Origin: Bacteroidales bacterium
Lineage (GTDB): Bacteria > Bacteroidota > Bacteroidia > Bacteroidales > WCHB1-69
NCBI GenBank assembly: GCA_017535665.1
Contig: JAFXTS010000021.1
Location: 4,796 to 68,795, forward strand
Reading direction: 5' to 3'
Length of the DNA: 64,000 nucleotides
Shown here: positions 18,751 to 26,618 of the stretch, one piece after another
Numbering within the stretch: position 1 is the first letter of the stretch
How the letters are laid out: each line of letters opens with the position of its first letter
The notes under the pieces: model-generated
Database searches by the model: none
The model's input: the letters and a program-made list of their open reading frames with translations, nothing else
What the model was told of the DNA's origin: nothing
Translations under genes and position numbers: made by a program

Positions 18751-19526
18751 TTTGTTTTACAATCCTTCTCCCCTAGAATCTTCTCATTACCATCTTTAAC
18801 GTAAGGCAACATTTTCTCTGCCAACTGAAACATCTGTGTTGAAAACAGAGTTGGAAATCCATTTTCCTCAGAATAGTTGGCTTTGGCATTAGCGATATTT
18901 TGCTCAATCATCAAAATTGCCTTTCGGGGTTTTAATCCGCCTCTGACTTGTGTGTCTGCCCAAGTCTTAAATGCAGAACTTATTTTGTTCTTATCGTCAG
19001 GAATATCAAAACCTATACATTTGTCTGCTTTTTCAGCGTAATACAACCACACTTCAAAACAAGAGTTGCTTATAATTAATTGTATGCCGTTTTCATCGCA
19101 TTCAGATCGCATCTCCGTAAGAAATTGCTCAAAATGGTCAACATCGGTAAGCAACCAAAAACTGTCAGGATTATCCACACTTGCAGATTCCCGATATTCT
19201 TTCACCTTTGCTACCGCAAAGCTTGTTATTAATGGTTTGCCTCCTTTTTCGAAATTTGGTTCAGCAAAGAAATCAACCTTAATATCTGTATATAACGAGG
19301 GGTTTCGTTTGATTAGGTAAAAATAGTTCTTCTCCCTTTCGGTACCGCCAGAAAAAACGATTATGTATGCTTTAGGTTGAAGTGTGGCTTCAGGTTTTAT
19401 ATATGCTGACTGTGGAACAGACAATGCTATGTCATTGTAAGCTATTGTAGTCAATTTATTGTCTGCAACGACTTCCAATGGCTCTTTTTCAGGATTACCC
19501 TTCTGATAATATCTGTCGTCTGCCAT
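18747..19526 (-). CDS. RloB-like (Toprim-like) protein
   Basis: 259 aa. RloB-type motifs: IIVFSGGTEREKNYF (the usual CEGE is degenerate), LLTDVDHF (DxD) and IISNSCFEVWLYYA. Its start codon directly abuts the ATPase stop (TAAATG). Confidence 0.7.
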   Translation of the reverse strand: MADDRYYQKGNPEKEPLEVVADNKLTTIAYNDIALSVPQSAYIKPEATLQPKAYIIVFSGGTEREKNYFYLIKRNPSLYTDIKVDFFAEPNFEKGGKPLITSFAVAKVKEYRESASVDNPDSFWLLTDVDHFEQFLTEMRSECDENGIQLIISNSCFEVWLYYAEKADKCIGFDIPDDKNKISSAFKTWADTQVRGGLKPRKAILMIEQNIANAKANYSEENGFPTLFSTQMFQLAEKMLPYVKDGNEKILGEKDCKTK

Positions 19527-20822
19527 TTATTCTATGATTGAGATTTGTGGCACTCCGCCATATCGACCTTCAAGATACCCTTTCTCTATATTCATGGTGT
19601 TGTGTATCTTATAGTCATTAAACGAATGCATTTTAGAATTGCCATTCTCCTTTTCAACCTTCCACAACTCATCTGGGCGAATTAAATCCTGTTGGTCTTG
19701 GAATAAGGTCAGATGAGTAGTACAGATGAGTTGTCCTTTTGATTCACTATTGAAGAAGTATTTCAGCAGATTATAGATGAGATTAGGATGCATACTATTT
19801 TCAACCTCATCAATAACCACAACTTTTCCTCTACTGGCATTATATAAAGCTGGTATCAGTGTGAGCAAGCGTACGGTTCCATCGGATTGACTGGCAATAT
19901 TCATTTTCTTTTTATAGCCACCAATGCCTAATTGTTCAAATAGAAATTCTTGAACAATTTGTTCTCCATTTTTCATAGTAATGTTGAAGTTGTTTCGGTT
20001 GTTGGAAAAGGACGTTAATCCGGTATGCTCACTTATAGGGTTCCTGAGAAGCATATGTTGTAGTTCTGAGGCGTTTTTCTTATTCGACATCCACTTTTCA
20101 ATAGGTGTTTCTCCCACCTTGAGAGAATCCGTAATATGCAAACGCGAAAGCAAGATGTTGGCATAATCAAGTAATTGCTTGTTATTCGACATCATGTCAA
20201 TCAAAAAAGGTGTTTGAGAGTTGATGGTGATGATATCAAAATCATTAAGAAACCAATCATAGGCAATTTGAATGTGTTTTTCATTAATCACAGGGTACTT
20301 GGTGTTTAAACAGATTATCGAAGAACCATTGTTCTTCTTCAACAAATCTGTTGAAAGCTTGTTGTCGGTAGTTGGAGTCACAACATCACCAACCCTCTCA
20401 AATATCAAAGTGTCATCCTGTTCGCCAAGACCAGACAACAACAGCCGTTCTCTAATGTTATTCTTTTGAGAATGCTGAATTTCCAATTGGTAAATATAAT
20501 AATTACATTTGGTGAAAAATTCAATTTCAATTTTCATTGGTTCATTATTGGTGCGAACCAATTGAAAGAAAAAGTCATTCAAATCAATGATATTCAGAAA
20601 ATTGTCCAATGTCACAAATGACTTCAAGAATTGCAACACCTTTACAAAATTTGATTTTCCCGAACCATTAGCCCCGTATATCAAAGCGTGCTTGAGCAGT
20701 GGGATTTTTTCATTTGTATTGATATGATTGGCAAAAATCTCACGTTTCGGATTCGGAAACATATCGAATGTAGTCTTCTCATAAAAAGACAACATATTCT
20801 GAATGGCGATTCTCAATAACAT
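19527..20822 (-). CDS. ABC/OLD-type AAA ATPase (AAA_15/AAA_21-like; AbiLi/RloA-like)
   Basis: 431 aa. Walker A GANGSGKSN, signature-like SDGTVRLL, Walker B VVVIDEVENSMHP, H-loop LICTTH, and a C-terminal YLEGRYGGVP tail. Confidence 0.8.
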   Translation of the reverse strand: MLLRIAIQNMLSFYEKTTFDMFPNPKREIFANHINTNEKIPLLKHALIYGANGSGKSNFVKVLQFLKSFVTLDNFLNIIDLNDFFFQLVRTNNEPMKIEIEFFTKCNYYIYQLEIQHSQKNNIRERLLLSGLGEQDDTLIFERVGDVVTPTTDNKLSTDLLKKNNGSSIICLNTKYPVINEKHIQIAYDWFLNDFDIITINSQTPFLIDMMSNNKQLLDYANILLSRLHITDSLKVGETPIEKWMSNKKNASELQHMLLRNPISEHTGLTSFSNNRNNFNITMKNGEQIVQEFLFEQLGIGGYKKKMNIASQSDGTVRLLTLIPALYNASRGKVVVIDEVENSMHPNLIYNLLKYFFNSESKGQLICTTHLTLFQDQQDLIRPDELWKVEKENGNSKMHSFNDYKIHNTMNIEKGYLEGRYGGVPQISIIE

Positions 20823-20850
20823 AACAACGGTATTTCATTTATATGGGCAG

Positions 20851-20858
20851 CAAAGATA
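20851..20858 (-). promoter_or_regulatory. -7 box (TATCTTTG) for the ATPase-RloB-DUF2971 operon
   Basis: The reverse complement of caaagata is TATCTTTG. It lies 29 nt upstream of the ATG at 20822. Confidence 0.5.
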
Positions 20859-20878
20859 CAATTTTTTCTTTATATAGC

Positions 20879-20904
20879 GTGAAAACTTCACGTGAAATTT
20901 TCAC
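20879..20904. promoter_or_regulatory. Tandem inverted repeats GTGAA-N3-TTCAC x2 (candidate operator)
   Basis: gtgaaaacttcacgtgaaattttcac lies over the expected -33 region of the cassette promoter. Confidence 0.35.
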
Positions 20905-21057
20905 AAAATACATAACTTTATGACAATCAGTATGTTTTATTGCTATATTATTCACTCTCTTCTTAAAACTTTTGTCAGTACTCAATTCTTCCTCCACTTC
21001 ACCCACCAATATTCCCGCTTCACCCACTTTCCCGCAACGCCATCGGCACAATCCCTA

Positions 21058-21065
21058 TATTTTTG
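21058..21065 (+). promoter_or_regulatory. -7 box (TATTTTTG) immediately upstream of the RND pump gene
   Basis: tatttttg lies 25 nt before the ATG at 21090. Confidence 0.5.
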
Positions 21066-21089
21066 CGCAAAATTTGATAAGGAATTGCT

Positions 21090-24000
21090 ATGAATACCAA
21101 AACCTTCATCCATCGCCCGCTCCTTTCGATGGTCATCAGCGTGTTCATCGTGCTGTTGGGGGTGATTTCGTTGCTGTCGCTGCCGGTGGAGCGCTATCCC
21201 GACATTGCACCGCCGGCCATCTACGTGTGGGCGAGCTATCCGGGCGCAAGTGCCGAAACGGTGCAGAAGAGCGTGGTGATGCCTCTGGAAGAGGCCATCA
21301 ACGGGGTGGAGGGGATGACCTACATGACCTCGTCGGCCAGCAACGGCTCGGCCAGCATCACCATCTACTTCGAGCAGGGTGCCAATGCCGATATGGCCGC
21401 TGTGAACGTGCAGAACCGCGTTATCCAGGCACAAGCGCAGCTGCCCGCCGAGGTGCTGCAGACGGGCGTGGCGACCGAGAAACGGCAACCCGGCCAGCTT
21501 CGCATCATCGCGTTAGAGAGCCCCAACGGCACCTACGACGAAAACTTCCTCAGCAACTATTTCTACAACAACCTGCGTCCCGCCCTGCTGCGCATCAAGG
21601 GCGTGGGCAAGGTGGAGGTATGGGGCTCACAATATGCCCTGCGCATCTGGCTTAAGCCCGACGTGATGGCGCGTCACAAGCTGATGCCGAGCGACATATC
21701 GGCTGTGCTGGCCGAGCAAAACATCGAGGCCTCGGTCGGCTCGCTGGGCAGCAATTCCGACAATGTGTTTCAATATATGTTGCGCTACACGGGACGCAAA
21801 ACTGAGGTGTCGGAGTTCGAGAACCTTGTGATAGCCTCCCTCCCTACCGGCGAGGAATTGCTGCTGAAGGATGTGGCGGATGTGGAGCTGGGACAGTCGG
21901 ATTACGACTACATCAACAGTATCAACGGGCATCCGGGCGTGATGGGCTCGGTGAGCCAGATGGCCGGCTCCAACGCCACCAAAATCAACCTTGAGATCGA
22001 CAAACTGCTGACCGAAACCGAGAAATCGCTGCCCAAGGACGTGAAAATCGTCACCTTCGACAACACCAACGACTTCCTCTTCGCCTCCATCCGCGAGGTG
22101 ATACTGACGCTCGTCATTGCCATTGTGCTGGTGCTGGTTGTGGTGCTCTTCTTTCTGCAGGATTTTCGTGCTACGCTGGTTCCCGCCATGGGCATCCTCG
22201 TCTCACTCATCGGCACTTTCGCGTTTATGAAAGTAGCAGGATTTTCTGTCAACCTGCTGACTCTGTTTGCTTTGGTGCTGGTCATCGGCACCGTGGTCGA
22301 TGACTCCATCGTGGTAGTGGAGGCGGTGAAAGCCAAGATTGACGAGGGGTGCACCTCCGCCCGTAAAGCCTCGGAGGATGCCATGAATGGTCTTTCCGTC
22401 ACGCTGTTCACCACCACGCTGGTCTTTATGGTCATCTTCATCCCCGTGGCGTTTATGGGCGGCACCACCGGCATCTTCTTCAAACAGTTCGGTCTGACGA
22501 TGGCCGTCGCGGTGGGCATTTCGTTGATTAATGCGCTGACATTGTCACCGGCATTGTGCACATTGATGTTGAAACCATCGTCGGTGGAGACGTTGCGTGC
22601 AACGTCTCTACAAAAATCGGGGATATCGTCCCTGCAATCAAGGATTCGTACCGCATACCAAACCACCTTCACCGCCCTGTTAAAACATTACGCCAACATG
22701 GTCCGCTGGTTTCTCCGTCGCAAATGGGTGGCTACTATCGGTATTGTTGTCGCCATTGTGTTGATGGCGGTGTTGTTCAAGGTGGTGCCCACGGGCTTTA
22801 TCCCCAACGAGGATATGGGCACGCTCTTCGTGGACCTCACACCGCCGCCGGGCTATACGGCCAACAAGACTTTCGATATGATGAACCGCACTTGCGACAA
22901 GATCCGCGAGTTGCCAGAGGTTCAAGATGTCGGCGGCGTGGTGGGCGTCGGAGCAGGTGCCAACATCTTCGTCCAGCTGAAACCGTGGAAAGAACGCCGA
23001 GGAAAAGCGCACTCCTCTTCCACCATTATGGAGAAAATAGACGAGATTTTGTCCCAGGAAACGGAGGCGCAGAGCTTCGTCTCGGAACCGGGCATGGTGG
23101 AGGGTTATGGCGGCAACGGCGGCTTTGAGTTCTCGGTGCAGGGGCGCATCGGACAGGATGCCAAGACGCTGCACGCAGTCACCACCCGCTTTACGGAAAA
23201 ACTCAGCGAGCGTCCGGAAATCGGCGAGGTCTATTCGAGCTACGATGTCAACTATCCGCAGTACCGCGTGGATTTGGATGTGGCGAGGTGCAAGAAGATG
23301 GGGGTTGCTCCCTCCACCGTGCTCAACGAGATGGGCGCTTACTTGGGCGGCGACTACATCTCCAATTTCAACAAATACAACAAGGTGTATCAGGTGGATT
23401 TGCAGCTGAAGCCGTCCGACCGCAACCGCCCCGAATCGCTGACGAGCCTCTTCGTGCGTTCCGAAAACGGCGAGATGATGCCCATCAACCAATTCGTCTC
23501 CCTCACCAAGGAGTATATGCCGCAGTCAATCAACAGTTTCAATATGTTCCCCTGCATCGATGTTTCGGGCAGCGTGGCAGAGGGCAGCAGTTCGGGCCGT
23601 GCCATCAAGGCCATCCAGGAGACCGCCGCGAAGGAGTTGCCCGTGGGCTACAGCATTGAGTTTGGCGGCGTCACCCGCGAGGAGAGCCAGACATCTGGCA
23701 GAGTGATTTTCATCTTCCTGATATGCATCGTATTCGCCTATCTCGTAATGGTGGCACTTTACGAAAGCCTCCTTATCCCGCTGGCGGTGATGCTGTCGGT
23801 GCCATTCGGTCTGGCGGGTAGTCTGCTGTTTGCCAAACTGTTTGGCGTGGAAAACAACATCTATATGCAGATCGGAATGGTGATGCTGGTGGGACTGCTG
23901 TCAAAGACAGCCATCTTGCTCACCGAATATGCTTCGCAGGCACGAAAGGAAGGGAGGTCACTTGCCCAGGCGGCGCTCAGCAGCGCCAAAGTGCGATTGC

Positions 24001-24266
24001 GTCCCATCCTGATGACCTCGCTCACCATGATTATCGGTATGCTGCCCCTGATGTTCGCCTCGGGCGTGGGCGCCAACGGCAGCCGAACCATTGGGGTCTG
24101 TGTGGTCGGAGGAATGCTGTTCGGCACGCTCGGCTTGCTGCTCACCGTGCCGGTGTTGTTTGTCGTGTTTCAAAGGCTGCAGGAGCGTGTTAGTCCCGCT
24201 ACCATTCCCCTATCCGCAAAACAAAAAAAACGGAAGTGTGAGAAAATGAATCGTAAATCCAAATAA
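21090..24266 (+). CDS. RND multidrug efflux permease (AcrB/BmeB-like)
   Basis: 1058 aa with 12-TM HAE1 architecture. The N-terminus FIHRPLLSMVISVFIVLLG and the periplasmic porter domains are typical of AcrB-family pumps. Confidence 0.95.
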   Translation: MNTKTFIHRPLLSMVISVFIVLLGVISLLSLPVERYPDIAPPAIYVWASYPGASAETVQKSVVMPLEEAINGVEGMTYMTSSASNGSASITIYFEQGANADMAAVNVQNRVIQAQAQLPAEVLQTGVATEKRQPGQLRIIALESPNGTYDENFLSNYFYNNLRPALLRIKGVGKVEVWGSQYALRIWLKPDVMARHKLMPSDISAVLAEQNIEASVGSLGSNSDNVFQYMLRYTGRKTEVSEFENLVIASLPTGEELLLKDVADVELGQSDYDYINSINGHPGVMGSVSQMAGSNATKINLEIDKLLTETEKSLPKDVKIVTFDNTNDFLFASIREVILTLVIAIVLVLVVVLFFLQDFRATLVPAMGILVSLIGTFAFMKVAGFSVNLLTLFALVLVIGTVVDDSIVVVEAVKAKIDEGCTSARKASEDAMNGLSVTLFTTTLVFMVIFIPVAFMGGTTGIFFKQFGLTMAVAVGISLINALTLSPALCTLMLKPSSVETLRATSLQKSGISSLQSRIRTAYQTTFTALLKHYANMVRWFLRRKWVATIGIVVAIVLMAVLFKVVPTGFIPNEDMGTLFVDLTPPPGYTANKTFDMMNRTCDKIRELPEVQDVGGVVGVGAGANIFVQLKPWKERRGKAHSSSTIMEKIDEILSQETEAQSFVSEPGMVEGYGGNGGFEFSVQGRIGQDAKTLHAVTTRFTEKLSERPEIGEVYSSYDVNYPQYRVDLDVARCKKMGVAPSTVLNEMGAYLGGDYISNFNKYNKVYQVDLQLKPSDRNRPESLTSLFVRSENGEMMPINQFVSLTKEYMPQSINSFNMFPCIDVSGSVAEGSSSGRAIKAIQETAAKELPVGYSIEFGGVTREESQTSGRVIFIFLICIVFAYLVMVALYESLLIPLAVMLSVPFGLAGSLLFAKLFGVENNIYMQIGMVMLVGLLSKTAILLTEYASQARKEGRSLAQAALSSAKVRLRPILMTSLTMIIGMLPLMFASGVGANGSRTIGVCVVGGMLFGTLGLLLTVPVLFVVFQRLQERVSPATIPLSAKQKKRKCEKMNRKSK
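22584..22611. repeat. 28-nt palindromic element copy embedded in frame in the RND pump CDS
   Basis: gtggagacgttgcgtgcaacgtctctac, followed by caaaaa, differs by 2 nt from the intergenic copy at 32804-32831. It is translated as VETLRATSLQKS, starting at codon 499. Confidence 0.8.
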
Positions 24267-24272
24267 AAATCA

Positions 24273-24280
24273 TATTTTTG
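24273..24280 (+). promoter_or_regulatory. -7 box (TATTTTTG) for the R-M cassette
   Basis: tatttttg lies 23 nt upstream of the ATG at 24303. Confidence 0.5.
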
Positions 24281-24302
24281 CAGCCGTTAAAATGAAGAAT
24301 AT

Positions 24303-25169
24303 ATGAAATCTTTTGCAGATTATAAGAAAGATGCGCCCAACTGGATAACTATGGCAAATGGTGAGTTTTATCCAGATATTTTGGAAAGTGCATGTGAATT
24401 ATACAAACCTGTACTTGTTCTGTTCGAACAATTGATTAAGACATCGGAAAGTTCCGAGAGACTGCTCCGGGAGATAATGGATGTTCATCAGCAATGGATG
24501 AGAATTCAACTGTGCCGTGTTTTTCGGAAATATGTTTCGCCACAGACGCCAGTAGAAATGCTAAAAAACAAATCTAAATTGACAATGATATGTGCTAATT
24601 ATGGCAAATATTTCCGTACCATTGACAGGGTTCAATCAGCATTTTCATCACGACCGATGCCTGACGAAGCGTTATGTGCATTGCTTTGGGAGTATAAAGA
24701 CCGTGGCAAAAAAGGATACGACTTGACGGAACGCTTTTTTGAATTGTTCCAATCTGCTTTCCCAAAGTTAAGGATTGAAGGACCCAAAAGAGCAGGTGCT
24801 GATGTCTTAATGAAGTCTGTTTTCCCCGATTATCCCAATCCTACAAGACCCGTTGATTTTGTCATCAAAAATGAAAAGGATGATATCTTGGCGATTGGAC
24901 TTGCAAGATATGATGGCGACCGTGGGGGTGCGCAAGAAGATGACAGAACCGGTGGTTATGCAAATTGCGCGAAAGAAATCCTGCAATATACCAAGGCAAA
25001 AAGGCTTTCTACAAAGGTCATTTTCGTAAACGATGGCCCAGGTTTGCTTTTGGGATCTATGTGGAATGACTACTCCTCGCTAGAAAAGATTGATGCCAAC
25101 AGAATAATCGTCCTAACTCTCCGAATGTTTAACACAAGGCTCACCGCCAAATGGCTTAAGAGCAAATAA
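24303..25169 (+). CDS. Putative type II restriction endonuclease (assigned by context only)
   Basis: 288 aa. I could not place a family motif with confidence. It sits 8 nt upstream of, and is co-oriented with, a DNA methyltransferase, and GC is low relative to the flanks. Confidence 0.4.
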   Translation: MKSFADYKKDAPNWITMANGEFYPDILESACELYKPVLVLFEQLIKTSESSERLLREIMDVHQQWMRIQLCRVFRKYVSPQTPVEMLKNKSKLTMICANYGKYFRTIDRVQSAFSSRPMPDEALCALLWEYKDRGKKGYDLTERFFELFQSAFPKLRIEGPKRAGADVLMKSVFPDYPNPTRPVDFVIKNEKDDILAIGLARYDGDRGGAQEDDRTGGYANCAKEILQYTKAKRLSTKVIFVNDGPGLLLGSMWNDYSSLEKIDANRIIVLTLRMFNTRLTAKWLKSK

Positions 25170-25177
25170 AAAGTATT

Positions 25178-26392
25178 ATGGCAGTAAGCGTAACATCAAC
25201 AACCGGTCGGACAGTGAACCTAAAGTTCGCGCCCCATACTGAAATAAATTTCCAGCAGACGGCATGGAATGAGGGGGATGGCATTAAACGGCTATATCAT
25301 GCCGATAATATTGACGTTCTTAATGCTCTGACAAACGACGAGGAGGTGTGTGGGAAAGTGACACTTATTTATATTGACCCACCATATAACACAGGCGGAG
25401 TGTTTGAGACCAGAGATTTCAAGCACGCGTATGACGATTGTTTTTCAACAGAATCATATCTTGAATTTATGCGTGTTAGGCTTGTACTGATGCACAAACT
25501 TCTCTCCGATGAAGGGTCTATTTATGTCCATCTTGATAGCAATATGGTATTTCACGTCAAAATACTCATGGATGATATTTTTGGCATTCGCAATTTCAAG
25601 GGTATGATTACCAGAAAAAAATGCAAATCCAAAAACTTTACGCGAAAAACCTACGGCAATATTTCAGATTATATACTTTTTTACTCCAAAACAGACTATC
25701 CAGTGTGGAATCGTCCCTTCGAGGAATGGGGCGATGACAAGATACTAAAAGAGTACCCTTATGTCGAGGAAGGAACGGGGCGTCGTTATAAGAAAGTTCC
25801 CATACATGCCCCTGGTACCCGTAATGGCTCTACCGGCACTGCTTGGCGTGGAATGATGCCTCCTGAGGGAAAGCATTGGCAGTTTACACCTGACAAACTT
25901 GACGAAATGGATGCCAATGGGGAGATTTACTGGTCTTCAAACGGTAATCCTCGACGTAAGGTTTATCTTGACCAAAGTGAAGGCTTGCCTGTACAAGACA
26001 TATGGCTGGATTATATTGACACAAATAATCAAAACACACTTATCACAGGTTATCCAACCGAAAAAAATATTGAAATGCTTAAGCGCATCATCGAAACTTC
26101 TTCACGTCCTGGTGATTTGGTGTTGGATTGTTTTGCCGGCTCTGGAACAACACTTGTCGCTGCTGATGAGCTTGGCCGGCAATGGATAGGCGTTGACATT
26201 GGCGATGAAGCAATTGAAACAATAAAAGAACGATTTAAGAACGGAAGTAAGCCCATGGGAGATTATGTCAAAAAAAAGAAATTGTCACCTATGCCGATGA
26301 TGTCTTTGTTTGACAACGTCGTGGAAAATGAATGTCCTACAATAATCACAAGTTTACGGAGAATAACATACGATGTTTTTGTAGAAGTGTAA
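25178..26392 (+). CDS. DNA methyltransferase, beta-class (motif IV before motif I), probably N6-adenine
   Basis: 404 aa. Motif IV is IYIDPPYNTGG near residue 65 and motif I is LVLDCFAGSGTTLVAA near residue 315. Confidence 0.85.
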   Translation: MAVSVTSTTGRTVNLKFAPHTEINFQQTAWNEGDGIKRLYHADNIDVLNALTNDEEVCGKVTLIYIDPPYNTGGVFETRDFKHAYDDCFSTESYLEFMRVRLVLMHKLLSDEGSIYVHLDSNMVFHVKILMDDIFGIRNFKGMITRKKCKSKNFTRKTYGNISDYILFYSKTDYPVWNRPFEEWGDDKILKEYPYVEEGTGRRYKKVPIHAPGTRNGSTGTAWRGMMPPEGKHWQFTPDKLDEMDANGEIYWSSNGNPRRKVYLDQSEGLPVQDIWLDYIDTNNQNTLITGYPTEKNIEMLKRIIETSSRPGDLVLDCFAGSGTTLVAADELGRQWIGVDIGDEAIETIKERFKNGSKPMGDYVKKKKLSPMPMMSLFDNVVENECPTIITSLRRITYDVFVEV

Positions 26393-26618
26393 TATCCGCA
26401 CGACAAATGAACATCCCCATTTAAATCGATCATATTTTCCATCGTTAGGTAGACCAAACAAATCTGGGAACGACTGAAATGATCCTCTACACCCAAGGAC
26501 TTTGGGAAATAGTTGTCGCGGAGTGTAAATGTTCCAATCTGTTTTGAGGGGGGCAACAAGAAGGAGTAAACACAAATTTCAAGAAAAAAACGTACGTGAA
26601 CAATAAACACTATAGACA

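Noticed and set aside
17439-26618. Calling the AT-rich cassettes mobile elements, integrative elements or prophage fragments.
   Set aside because: No integrase, transposase, terminal inverted repeats or target duplications were identifiable by eye. Only the compositional contrast and the gene content support horizontal origin.
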